A stretch of 62,996 bases of DNA, filler included, from Folioceros fuciformis (taxonomy: Eukaryota): assembly GCA_049999805.1 (NCBI GenBank). It is 16 parts of 16 records of this genome, joined end to end, with 100 filler letters (N's around TTAATTAATTAA, not from the genome) between each part and the next. Parts side by side here need not be neighbours in the genome. Positions count along the whole stretch, not along the records: positions 12,332 to 13,551 come from JBNGIO010004356.1; positions 13,652 to 14,851 come from JBNGIO010004357.1; positions 14,952 to 16,243 come from JBNGIO010004358.1; positions 16,344 to 18,197 come from JBNGIO010004359.1; positions 18,298 to 19,327 come from JBNGIO010004360.1; positions 19,428 to 22,148 come from JBNGIO010004361.1; positions 22,249 to 24,184 come from JBNGIO010004362.1; 9 more parts are not named here. The stretch is one strand, 5' to 3'. Below are positions 12,232-24,184 of the stretch, in pieces. Both the position numbers and the translations under genes were made by a program. The notes under the pieces were generated by a model. It saw nothing but the letters and a program-made list of their open reading frames with translations. It did no database searches and was not told the DNA's origin. Positions within the stretch are counted from its first letter, which is position 1. Each line of letters starts with the position of its first letter.

Positions 12232-12331
12232 NNNNNNNNNNNNNNNNNNNNNNNNNNNNNNNNNNNNNNNNNNNNTTAATTAATTAANNNNNNNNNNNNN
12301 NNNNNNNNNNNNNNNNNNNNNNNNNNNNNNN

Positions 12332-13551
12332 AATATATTTCATAATTTTCATATTTTAAATAAATTTAAATATTTTATTTTTGATAAACAATTTAATTTT
12401 CTAATTGTTACACCTCGCTAAATGTTACCCAATGCCCTACTCCCAACAGGTAACATTTAGGGAGGGTAGATTGTATAGGACTAAACAATATCATCAAGAG
12501 AAATTGCGACCGCCTGCGATGGATTGAAAAAAATGTTAAGTAATAAGGGTTCAAATGGTATCAGAGTTTTTGTGTGTGTTTGTTCCAAGGAAATACAGAA
12601 AGTGTTTTAAAGTGTTTTCCTGAAAGGTCGTGACTATTCGCTAAGTGGCTATTCGCTTAATTATGAAATAAACCAAACGGTAACCCTAATGGGGTTTATT
12701 TCCAATACGCCCCCATAAGCGAAGCAGCCTGATTAGCGGCAAGTCACGAGAGTACAATGGGAGAGACTCTCCTCATTGGCCTGAACTTGTGCATCCTTGC
12801 CATTGCGATTTGCTTCCTCCTCCAGAACCAAGGACAAAGGGTGCGGCCGGTAATGACACAGCAACGACTCCAACGACACAAGGACCTGCACATCTCAGAG
12901 AAAACTTGCACGATGGAGCAGAGATGGATGGCAGCANNNNNNNNNNAATATATTTCATAATTTTCATATTTTAAATAAATTTAAATATTTTATTTTTGAT
13001 AAACAATTTAATTTTCTAATTGTTACACCTCGCTAAATGTTACCCAATGCCCTACTCCCAACAGGTAACATTTAGGGAGGGTAGATTGTATAGGACTAAA
13101 CAATATCATCAAGAGAAATTGCGACCGCCTGCGATGGATTGAAAAAAATGTTAAGTAATAAGGGTTCAAATGGTATCAGAGTTTTTGTGTGTGTTTGTTC
13201 CAAGGAAATACAGAAAGTGTTTTAAAGTGTTTTCCTGAAAGGTCGTGACTATTCGCTAAGTGGCTATTCGCTTAATTATGAAATAAACCAAACGGTAACC
13301 CTAATGGGGTTTATTTCCAATACGCCCCCATAAGCGAAGCAGCCTGATTAGCGGCAAGTCACGAGAGTACAATGGGAGAGACTCTCCTCATTGGCCTGAA
13401 CTTGTGCATCCTTGCCATTGCGATTTGCTTCCTCCTCCAGAACCAAGGACAAAGGGTGCGGCCGGTAATGACACAGCAACGACTCCAACGACACAAGGAC
13501 CTGCACATCTCAGAGAAAACTTGCACGATGGAGCAGAGATGGATGGCAGCA
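12332..13551 (+). mobile_element. LTR 3' end, PBS and leader of an LTR retroelement; 605-bp contig duplicated
   Basis: ...TTCA AA TGGTATCAGAG at 12556-12566. Shares a stem-loop motif with the element at 1-5761. Copies are 12332-12936 and 12947-13551. Confidence 0.6.
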
Positions 13552-13651
13552 NNNNNNNNNNNNNNNNNNNNNNNNNNNNNNNNNNNNNNNNNNNNTTAAT
13601 TAATTAANNNNNNNNNNNNNNNNNNNNNNNNNNNNNNNNNNNNNNNNNNNN

Positions 13652-14851
13652 CCTGCCCTGCCCTGCCCTGCCCTGCCCTGCCCTCTCAGCCTCAGCACTT
13701 ATGACAATCTCTTGCTCACAGCATCTTCCGTCTTCGTTACTGCAACCTTCCTCGCCTCCTCCTCGGAGGCCCTGCCCTTTACTTTCCTTTCCTTTCCTTT
13801 CCTTTCCGACTCCCATCTCCCATGGAGCCTAGAGCCTGGGACCCCATTCCGTCCTAGCCTTAATGCTTCTTGGCCGCCTCTCCGGAGCCTTCACCTTGCC
13901 TTTGACGTTCCTTCCTCCGCTTTTATCTTCTCTTCTCTTCGCGTTCCTTCGCTTCTCTTCTCTTGTCTACTGGACGGCACGCCTGCCCAGCGCAGCATTC
14001 TCATTTCATTTCAAGCGCGCGCCCTGCTCTCTCGCCCTCTGCGTCCGCCTCTCCTCTCCGCTCCTCACAACAGCTCCCACCTTGCAATTGCACCACGCCT
14101 CGCACGGGGCACTTGTCTCATCACACTCGTGCCTTTCCCTCCCCCTCTCCCTCTCCCTCTCCCTTCGCCTTCTTATCAAGCTTCTTGCAATGCCGCCGCC
14201 GCCTCTGCCTCTCCCCTTAACTGCGCCTTTCATCCCAGTCTTCGGANNNNNNNNNNCCTGCCCTGCCCTGCCCTGCCCTGCCCTGCCCTCTCAGCCTCAG
14301 CACTTATGACAATCTCTTGCTCACAGCATCTTCCGTCTTCGTTACTGCAACCTTCCTCGCCTCCTCCTCGGAGGCCCTGCCCTTTACTTTCCTTTCCTTT
14401 CCTTTCCTTTCCGACTCCCATCTCCCATGGAGCCTAGAGCCTGGGACCCCATTCCGTCCTAGCCTTAATGCTTCTTGGCCGCCTCTCCGGAGCCTTCACC
14501 TTGCCTTTGACGTTCCTTCCTCCGCTTTTATCTTCTCTTCTCTTCGCGTTCCTTCGCTTCTCTTCTCTTGTCTACTGGACGGCACGCCTGCCCAGCGCAG
14601 CATTCTCATTTCATTTCAAGCGCGCGCCCTGCTCTCTCGCCCTCTGCGTCCGCCTCTCCTCTCCGCTCCTCACAACAGCTCCCACCTTGCAATTGCACCA
14701 CGCCTCGCACGGGGCACTTGTCTCATCACACTCGTGCCTTTCCCTCCCCCTCTCCCTCTCCCTCTCCCTTCGCCTTCTTATCAAGCTTCTTGCAATGCCG
14801 CCGCCGCCTCTGCCTCTCCCCTTAACTGCGCCTTTCATCCCAGTCTTCGGA
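13652..14851. repeat. CT-rich low-complexity contig with (CCCTG)n; 595 bp duplicated
   Basis: Copies 13652-14246 and 14257-14851 are identical, each starting with a (CCCTG)n run. Confidence 0.85.
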
Positions 14852-14951
14852 NNNNNNNNNNNNNNNNNNNNNNNNNNNNNNNNNNNNNNNNNNNNTTAAT
14901 TAATTAANNNNNNNNNNNNNNNNNNNNNNNNNNNNNNNNNNNNNNNNNNNN

Positions 14952-16243
14952 CCAGCTCAGCTCCAGCCCGCGCTCCAGCAGCCCGCCATCACTAGTCGAT
15001 TCCAAGCCGGCCTGCTTGGTGCGGCCTAGTCCCCAATTGCTGTCGATCCCCTGCTAGCTGCCCGTTCGCGGCCTACACCGACCTGGATCGGCCACCGACA
15101 ACCAGCTCCACAGCCACCACGGCCTGGCCTGGTTGTCCCCTCCACAGTAGCTGCCAATCCGGCACCTGCTCTCAACTATGACCAGCCAAACCACCCGGTC
15201 AGCCCGTCCTAACCTGGCGTAGGCGGCCGAATCCGTTCGTCATCTGGCCCGCCAGCCAACCCGGCCGGCCAGGCCGCTCCTGGTCGTCGGCCTACTGGTC
15301 CAAACCTGGCTAGCCAGCCAGCTCCCCAGCCTCCCCTGTTTGTTCTGAGCTCCAGCCTAGTCTATGGTCCAGCCCGGTTGGATCCACCAACTTGCAGGAC
15401 CGCCTCCCATCAACACGGTTGCCTACCTGGCTAGGCTACCCCCCGGCTCACAGGCAGCCCGTAAGCCTGGCTGCCTGAGCTTGTATCCCACCAGCCCGAC
15501 TGGCCGAGCAGCCAGGCCAAACTGGCTGTGCAGACCTGTTTGCAACTCGCCAGGCCGACTGGTCGAGCAGCCCCCAACCAGCCATCCGCCTANNNNNNNN
15601 NNCCAGCTCAGCTCCAGCCCGCGCTCCAGCAGCCCGCCATCACTAGTCGATTCCAAGCCGGCCTGCTTGGTGCGGCCTAGTCCCCAATTGCTGTCGATCC
15701 CCTGCTAGCTGCCCGTTCGCGGCCTACACCGACCTGGATCGGCCACCGACAACCAGCTCCACAGCCACCACGGCCTGGCCTGGTTGTCCCCTCCACAGTA
15801 GCTGCCAATCCGGCACCTGCTCTCAACTATGACCAGCCAAACCACCCGGTCAGCCCGTCCTAACCTGGCGTAGGCGGCCGAATCCGTTCGTCATCTGGCC
15901 CGCCAGCCAACCCGGCCGGCCAGGCCGCTCCTGGTCGTCGGCCTACTGGTCCAAACCTGGCTAGCCAGCCAGCTCCCCAGCCTCCCCTGTTTGTTCTGAG
16001 CTCCAGCCTAGTCTATGGTCCAGCCCGGTTGGATCCACCAACTTGCAGGACCGCCTCCCATCAACACGGTTGCCTACCTGGCTAGGCTACCCCCCGGCTC
16101 ACAGGCAGCCCGTAAGCCTGGCTGCCTGAGCTTGTATCCCACCAGCCCGACTGGCCGAGCAGCCAGGCCAAACTGGCTGTGCAGACCTGTTTGCAACTCG
16201 CCAGGCCGACTGGTCGAGCAGCCCCCAACCAGCCATCCGCCTA
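14952..16243. repeat. C-rich CCAGC/GGCC-type repetitive contig; 641 bp duplicated
   Basis: Copies 14952-15592 and 15603-16243 are identical. No credible ORF. Confidence 0.8.
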
Positions 16244-16343
16244 NNNNNNNNNNNNNNNNNNNNNNNNNNNNNNNNNNNNNNNNNNNNTTAATTAATTAAN
16301 NNNNNNNNNNNNNNNNNNNNNNNNNNNNNNNNNNNNNNNNNNN

Positions 16344-18197
16344 GGGGGCGAAGACAGAGGAGAGAGGAGATAGAGAGAGGAGAGAGCGAGAGGGAGAGAG
16401 AGAAAGAGAAAGAAGGCGGGCGGGGCGAGCGGGCGCGCAGAAATGCAGGCAGGCAGGCCGCAGCGCGGGAAGCAAGGTGGGGAGAGAGGATGGCTGAGAA
16501 AGGGAAGAAAGGGAAGGGCATGCACCAGCACATGCACCTGCTTGTGCTTACCGCGCGCCGCCCAACCCCTGCTGCTCATGCTCCAGAATTGCGGACTAAG
16601 TGTAGACTAGATGGGTGGGAGAAGGGTAGGAGGGCAGGCCTGGCAGGGCCAGAAAAAGGGCGTGCCTGTGGCCTGTCCCCGCGCTTGTGCAAGCCACGAG
16701 CCAGCTGGGCGCTCGTCCTGGGTTTATGGAGCAGTGTGCAAATCCGGTGGATTACTGCGCCCCAAAGTGCTGTGACAATGGGCTCCAGGACGACAGTAAG
16801 TACGTGACAGTGCTCATGCTGTACATGCTGGAGGCACAGGCCGTAGCATAGGTGAAGCAGCAGCAGGAGCAAGTAATGCAGTGGCAGTGGGCATGGGGAT
16901 GCCATCGCTGTTGCTCCTCCTTCCTTTCCCCCCGCTGCTGCTGCGTCGCTGGCTATGGCCCCTCCTGTCCTCCCTCGCCAACCCCGCTTCGCTGTCTAAG
17001 AGGCCAGCAGAGGAAGGCGGACCCCTCTCTCCCCTGCTGCTGCTGCCCATCTCCTCTCCCCTCTCTCCCTTCCTCCTTCTCCTCCTCCTCCTCTTCGCTC
17101 TTCCTGCTTGCCCCGCGTCTTGGCGTTCCCTCTCTTAATCCCGCGCCTCGCCCCTGCTCTTGCAAACACCGGCCTCTCCCTCGCAGCTCGCTCGCGCCAC
17201 GCGAGTATTTCTACCTTCTCGCCTGTGTCTCCCGCTCGCACTCCCTCCTGCATCCAGCTCCTGCCNNNNNNNNNNGGGGGCGAAGACAGAGGAGAGAGGA
17301 GATAGAGAGAGGAGAGAGCGAGAGGGAGAGAGAGAAAGAGAAAGAAGGCGGGCGGGGCGAGCGGGCGCGCAGAAATGCAGGCAGGCAGGCCGCAGCGCGG
17401 GAAGCAAGGTGGGGAGAGAGGATGGCTGAGAAAGGGAAGAAAGGGAAGGGCATGCACCAGCACATGCACCTGCTTGTGCTTACCGCGCGCCGCCCAACCC
17501 CTGCTGCTCATGCTCCAGAATTGCGGACTAAGTGTAGACTAGATGGGTGGGAGAAGGGTAGGAGGGCAGGCCTGGCAGGGCCAGAAAAAGGGCGTGCCTG
17601 TGGCCTGTCCCCGCGCTTGTGCAAGCCACGAGCCAGCTGGGCGCTCGTCCTGGGTTTATGGAGCAGTGTGCAAATCCGGTGGATTACTGCGCCCCAAAGT
17701 GCTGTGACAATGGGCTCCAGGACGACAGTAAGTACGTGACAGTGCTCATGCTGTACATGCTGGAGGCACAGGCCGTAGCATAGGTGAAGCAGCAGCAGGA
17801 GCAAGTAATGCAGTGGCAGTGGGCATGGGGATGCCATCGCTGTTGCTCCTCCTTCCTTTCCCCCCGCTGCTGCTGCGTCGCTGGCTATGGCCCCTCCTGT
17901 CCTCCCTCGCCAACCCCGCTTCGCTGTCTAAGAGGCCAGCAGAGGAAGGCGGACCCCTCTCTCCCCTGCTGCTGCTGCCCATCTCCTCTCCCCTCTCTCC
18001 CTTCCTCCTTCTCCTCCTCCTCCTCTTCGCTCTTCCTGCTTGCCCCGCGTCTTGGCGTTCCCTCTCTTAATCCCGCGCCTCGCCCCTGCTCTTGCAAACA
18101 CCGGCCTCTCCCTCGCAGCTCGCTCGCGCCACGCGAGTATTTCTACCTTCTCGCCTGTGTCTCCCGCTCGCACTCCCTCCTGCATCCAGCTCCTGCC
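16344..18197. repeat. GA-rich to CT-rich low-complexity contig; 922 bp duplicated
   Basis: Copies 16344-17265 and 17276-18197 are identical. Confidence 0.8.
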
Positions 18198-18297
18198 NNN
18201 NNNNNNNNNNNNNNNNNNNNNNNNNNNNNNNNNNNNNNNNNTTAATTAATTAANNNNNNNNNNNNNNNNNNNNNNNNNNNNNNNNNNNNNNNNNNNN

Positions 18298-19327
18298 CGA
18301 TGTTAGTTGTGTAGCGATATGTATGCGCACGACAACTGTCATGTTATTTAGGGCAGATTTGCTAGTTTGATGTTATATGTGCTCGGAGGTTCCTGATTAG
18401 TACTATGGGAGTCGGGAGGCGAGTGTTAGGTTTCGTGGGAGGGCCTTATCCTCCCCTAGGTCGTGAGGAGGCTCACTCTTCAGAGTTGAGCCTCGTGCAG
18501 GAAGGCGGCCGGCTATGGTGTGTGGACAGTGTGTGTCATTTTCGGATGTATTTCAGTGATTTAGTGACGGTTTCTCCTGCCGTTTGTTGCGTCGATTCTC
18601 TTATGTGAGTGCGCAGGCTTGACCTGAATTGAGTGAGGTGTTTGAGAGTGATTTGATGATTGTGCTCCTTGACTATGTGTGGTATGATAGTTTGCATTAT
18701 GAGTAGTGAGTATTATATGTAGACAGCGATGTTAGTTGTGTAGCGATATGTATGCGCACGACAGCTGTCATGTTATTCTGGGCAGATTTGCTAGTTTGAT
18801 GTTATATNNNNNNNNNNCGATGTTAGTTGTGTAGCGATATGTATGCGCACGACAACTGTCATGTTATTTAGGGCAGATTTGCTAGTTTGATGTTATATGT
18901 GCTCGGAGGTTCCTGATTAGTACTATGGGAGTCGGGAGGCGAGTGTTAGGTTTCGTGGGAGGGCCTTATCCTCCCCTAGGTCGTGAGGAGGCTCACTCTT
19001 CAGAGTTGAGCCTCGTGCAGGAAGGCGGCCGGCTATGGTGTGTGGACAGTGTGTGTCATTTTCGGATGTATTTCAGTGATTTAGTGACGGTTTCTCCTGC
19101 CGTTTGTTGCGTCGATTCTCTTATGTGAGTGCGCAGGCTTGACCTGAATTGAGTGAGGTGTTTGAGAGTGATTTGATGATTGTGCTCCTTGACTATGTGT
19201 GGTATGATAGTTTGCATTATGAGTAGTGAGTATTATATGTAGACAGCGATGTTAGTTGTGTAGCGATATGTATGCGCACGACAGCTGTCATGTTATTCTG
19301 GGCAGATTTGCTAGTTTGATGTTATAT
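18298..19327. repeat. Probable tandem satellite with a monomer of about 429 bp; 510-bp contig duplicated
   Basis: The first 81 bp (18298-18378) recur with slight divergence at 18727-18807. The contig is then duplicated at 18818-19327. Confidence 0.75.
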
Positions 19328-19520
19328 NNNNNNNNNNNNNNNNNNNNNNNNNNNNNNNNNNNNNNNNNNNNTTAATTAATTAANNNNNNNNNNNNNNNNN
19401 NNNNNNNNNNNNNNNNNNNNNNNNNNNTATACTAATTAATTTAGATTATAATTATAAGATATACATCTACTAATCTATAAATATACTATCTAATTTAAAG
19501 TATAAATAGACTAAGCATAA

Positions 19521-19525
<5 letters not shown>

Positions 19526-19560
<35 letters not shown>
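19526..19560. repeat. (TA)n microsatellite
   Basis: Pure TA run. Confidence 0.95.
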
Positions 19561-19562
<2 letters not shown>

Positions 19563-20108
19563 ATTCCCTCCCTTTACCACTTACCCTTTACCACTTACAT
19601 TGCTTCATCGTTTCGACCATACTTGGCGTATTGCACAACAATATCCCTGCCATCCACATTCCTGCCTGCAAAAGAAAATTTCCATATGAGCAATGCTACT
19701 ATCTTTCTTTCTGTCTACATTGCTGGACTGAGAGAAAGAAGCATCAATCAATCAACCACTTATGACTGGACCAATTCGTATAGAGGGCAAAAATATGCTA
19801 TGCCCAAACGAAAGGCACGATGCAGAGACTGCTTGAATAGAATGAAGCCACGTGATTTGGGGAAGAACCCTGCGAGAGACCACCACAAAAAGGCACTTGA
19901 GAATCGTTACCGTCAAGACGCTCAATCGCCTTCTGAGCCTCATCGGCATGTTTGTAGCGCACGAACGCAAAACCCCTAGATTCACCCGTCCTGCAGACCC
20001 CCCACAGAATTCAATAACTAGCAACCCTCGTGGTGGATAGTAAGATGCAAGAAGCCACTGTTGGGCCATTTTTCTGAGACATGACAAAGAATGCTCAGCT
20101 CCGCTCAC

Positions 20109-20747
20109 CTCCGGTCTCTTGGTATGAAAATGTCCACCACCTTGCCGTATCTGTCGAACAAGGGGAACAGGTCGTCTGCACTAGTTCCTGAAACATAACA
20201 GATGAAGGAGATTGATTCGTCATGTGTTGCTGTGAAACCAAGGGCAAATGACATACCCGTGATGACCAGTACTGAGGGCGAAGGCAAGGTTGGAGACTCA
20301 CCTCACCGTTGAGCTTGCCAACAGGCAGACTTTCCCTTGTATACTACCTATGTATGTTCCCGAAATTCTCTTGTGTCTTTACACTCGGCAAGCAGTTTGC
20401 ACTTCATTAAGCATGCAATCAAAGACCTACTACATGAAAGAGTACCTACCAGCGCAAAGGCCACTGGCTTCCGGTCTGAATCTGTTTCCTTGGACTTCAA
20501 AATAGGTTATACCGATTGATCAGATCACCTTTCAGACGGGTTTGAACCACTTACCTGGCGAGAGGACGCTCGCTTTCATGAGGACGTACCGCATCATCCA
20601 CAAACTTGCAGAGATGAACGAATGTCACCGACATATATATACGCGCTAACGCCATGTGGTTGAGTACTTACGGAAGGTGATGTTGAGAACTAGCAGCGAA
20701 TACGTATCGCGAATATCCGGAGGCCCCGCTCGTCCAAAATGTGACAT
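20109..20747 (-). CDS. SC35: SR splicing factor SC35 (RRM), first two coding exons (20747-20672, 20187-20109); rest lies off the scaffold
   Basis: Spliced translation MSHFGRAGPPDIRDTYSLLVLNITF/RTSADDLFPLFDRYGKVVDIFIPRDRR matches the plant SC35 N-terminus. Splice sites GTAAGT...TTTCAG and GTGAGC are in consistent phase. Confidence 0.93.
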
Positions 20748-21475
20748 CTTGCCACAAAGTCACCACTTGAGAATCGGGCAGCAATGCGAAAAGCGGGAAG
20801 GTGTAGAAACTGTCCTACTACAAAAAGGCCCTGGACAGACAGGTACTACTGTGTATGTGGATTTCAGTATGTTCGTTTTTACCTCACAACTCACGTGACG
20901 GTAGACAGTCGACTGGCCGGCCTTGTTTCATGCTAACTCACACCAGTATGGCACACGCCCTTCCCTCGGGGCATGCATGCTTCACAGTTGTGCATGCTAC
21001 ACGACGACTCTTCACTGCTCTAAGTCTATGCCGTGCTCTGCTGCACCACGAAGAGACGACGAGCTCTACTACACCGAGCCGAGGAAGGTCTCTCTTCGCG
21101 TAGTTGAGATACAGGCAAGGTCGAGCCACGACCAAGCCGTCGACTGGCTGGCCTCAGAATGTGGGCACTAAAATTTCGTGGCAAGCTCTTTCAACTATTG
21201 CACAGCGTTCGCCGGACGCTTTGCTTCCCGCACCTGCACCTGCACCTGCACCTGCTTCTGAGCAGGATCGGGTGCCGGTTTCTTTCGAGGCCGGCAGATG
21301 CAGGGTTTCTAGAAGGCAGGGTTTGTGCTGGGATTGCCGGCCACGGGATTGATGTGTTCGTTGTGGCCAACAATTTGGTAAACTTTTGTGCAATTTGTGG
21401 CAGCTTGGATTTGTTTGTGGCCAACGGTCTGGTAAACATTGTGACAAGTGTGGCAGTTTAGTTTGGATGACGCCC

Positions 21476-22148
21476 AGCAGGGGATGGGACAGGAAGCCAG
21501 CCCTCAAGTGTGCAGCAGGGGATTGGGCAGGAAGCCAGCCCTCAAGTGTGCAGCAGGGGATNNNNNNNNNNGCAGGGGATTGGGCAGGAAGCCAGCCCTC
21601 AAGTGTGCAGCAGGGGATGGGGCAGGAAGCCAGCCCTCAAGTGTGCAGCAGGTAAGGAGTTGGAGGCATGGGAAGGTAATTCACTCTTCGTTCTAGAATA
21701 CATGGAAAATAGAGGCTATCTTCTTTAGATAATGCTCTTTATTCTAGTCTACAATACATGAAAAATAGGGCTACCTTCTTGAGGTAATGTTCTTTATTCT
21801 AGAATACGTTCTTTGTTCTAGAATACACCAAAGCAAGTTTGGAGATCTTCTAGAATACACCAAAGCAAGTTTGGAGATCTTCTAGAATACACCAAAGCAA
21901 GTTTGGAGATCTGCAGTCAACCTATTTCTACAATGGACTAAATGATAAGCTTACTAGCTTAACTCTTTCAACACAAGGTTTGTTCATTAAGCCTCTTCTT
22001 CAAGAATGTCTTGAACGCTCTCACAGATAACCATGTCATCGCAAACTTGCAATTGCTCCCGAGATAACCATGTCATCGCAAACTTGCAATTGCTCCCGTG
22101 CAATGCAAACTTGCAACGCACTTCCCGTGCAATGCAAACTTGCAACGC
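21476..22148. repeat. Cluster of short tandem repeats (38-bp, 32-bp and others), LTR-like region
   Basis: 38-bp GCAGGGGATTGGGCAGGAAGCCAGCCCTCAAGTGTGCA at 21476-21651; 32-bp TTCTAGAATACACCAAAGCAAGTTTGGAGATC x3 at 21817-21912; further repeats at 22025-22148. Confidence 0.85.
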
Positions 22149-22248
22149 NNNNNNNNNNNNNNNNNNNNNNNNNNNNNNNNNNNNNNNNNNNNTTAATTAA
22201 TTAANNNNNNNNNNNNNNNNNNNNNNNNNNNNNNNNNNNNNNNNNNNN

Positions 22249-24184
22249 CTGAAGTTGTAGAACATGTAGTACTTGCAGCAATTCCACCACAACTTGCTAA
22301 TCAACAACCAGCCGACTATCCAGATTCTGATGGAGGAGAACTGTCACAAGGATTGGACAATGATGTTGCAAGTGATGATAATGCGGCAAACTTACATGTT
22401 GGTTTCCTGGATGTTCAGGAGGCACAATCTGATTCCACTGGTTTAGTGCTAGAGGATGATGAGGATGTGTTGCCTATCTCAGAAGTGGGAGCAACTGAAT
22501 TAGACGTTGCTGCTGAATCTCGTTACCCCACGAGGGATAGACGACCTCGTGAGCAATGGTTTGAGCCCCCATATCAGTCTACAGACTTTAGAAAGGGGAT
22601 CACAAGCACATGTTGCAGACGTTTCTGTACCTGAAGTCCGGCCTGACCCTGAGACATATGATGAAGCCATCAATGGCCCTGATGGCCTTCACTGGCGCAA
22701 ATCCATTGATGATGAGTATGCCTCACTCATTAAGAGCAAAACTTGGGAGTTGGTCGACTTACCTGAAGGAAGGAAGCCCATTAGCTGTAAATGGGTATTT
22801 AAGACCAAGTGTGGGCACCGAGAGAGGTGCAGCTGACCGCCGGACAGCGAGGCCTGTCCTACGCCTAATCGGAGCTGGAGGGGAGCCCTCGAATCCATCA
22901 TCGAGTTGATCAAGTCCGACCCTCCATCCACAGCAGCAAGGAACCCCATCGCTCCTTCGTGGGAACGAAACCCAATGTCTCAACGACAGTGGGATAAGTG
23001 TGGCCACTAAAGGTGGAACCCGTTGGCAATCAGTGCCCGGGGTTTTGCCTCCACACCACACTTACAACAGAAGTCCCACCACAGTCAGTTTACGTGGGGG
23101 ATTCTAGAGGCATAGAGGTTTGTGGAGCAAGGTTAATCGTGATTACCTTAGCCGATGAGTCAGACATCCTTCTAAATAATGTTCTGTATGTGCCCAAGAT
23201 GTCAAAGAACTNNNNNNNNNNCTGAAGTTGTAGAACATGTAGTACTTGCAGCAATTCCACCACAACTTGCTAATCAACAACCAGCCGACTATCCAGATTC
23301 TGATGGAGGAGAACTGTCACAAGGATTGGACAATGATGTTGCAAGTGATGATAATGCGGCAAACTTACATGTTGGTTTCCTGGATGTTCAGGAGGCACAA
23401 TCTGATTCCACTGGTTTAGTGCTAGAGGATGATGAGGATGTGTTGCCTATCTCAGAAGTGGGAGCAACTGAATTAGACGTTGCTGCTGAATCTCGTTACC
23501 CCACGAGGGATAGACGACCTCGTGAGCAATGGTTTGAGCCCCCATATCAGTCTACAGACTTTAGAAAGGGGATCACAAGCACATGTTGCAGACGTTTCTG
23601 TACCTGAAGTCCGGCCTGACCCTGAGACATATGATGAAGCCATCAATGGCCCTGATGGCCTTCACTGGCGCAAATCCATTGATGATGAGTATGCCTCACT
23701 CATTAAGAGCAAAACTTGGGAGTTGGTCGACTTACCTGAAGGAAGGAAGCCCATTAGCTGTAAATGGGTATTTAAGACCAAGTGTGGGCACCGAGAGAGG
23801 TGCAGCTGACCGCCGGACAGCGAGGCCTGTCCTACGCCTAATCGGAGCTGGAGGGGAGCCCTCGAATCCATCATCGAGTTGATCAAGTCCGACCCTCCAT
23901 CCACAGCAGCAAGGAACCCCATCGCTCCTTCGTGGGAACGAAACCCAATGTCTCAACGACAGTGGGATAAGTGTGGCCACTAAAGGTGGAACCCGTTGGC
24001 AATCAGTGCCCGGGGTTTTGCCTCCACACCACACTTACAACAGAAGTCCCACCACAGTCAGTTTACGTGGGGGATTCTAGAGGCATAGAGGTTTGTGGAG
24101 CAAGGTTAATCGTGATTACCTTAGCCGATGAGTCAGACATCCTTCTAAATAATGTTCTGTATGTGCCCAAGATGTCAAAGAACT
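22249..24184 (+). mobile_element. Rearranged copia fragment (IN-RT linker, RT start, solo-LTR-like insert, protease-region piece); 963-bp contig duplicated
   Basis: PETYDEAING...WELVDLPEGRKPISCKWVFKTK, then TGTGG...CCACA at 22810-23060, then VYVGDSRGIEV...LNNVLYVPKMSKN. Copies are 22249-23211 and 23222-24184. Confidence 0.85.

Noticed and set aside
12556-12566. Endogenous caulimovirid origin of the tRNA-Met site
   Set aside because: No viral movement, coat or RT sequence, and it shares a motif with a copia LTR region.
13604-18249. Many long ORFs (up to 295 aa)
   Set aside because: They arise from low-complexity GC-rich DNA and read through N gaps; no domains.
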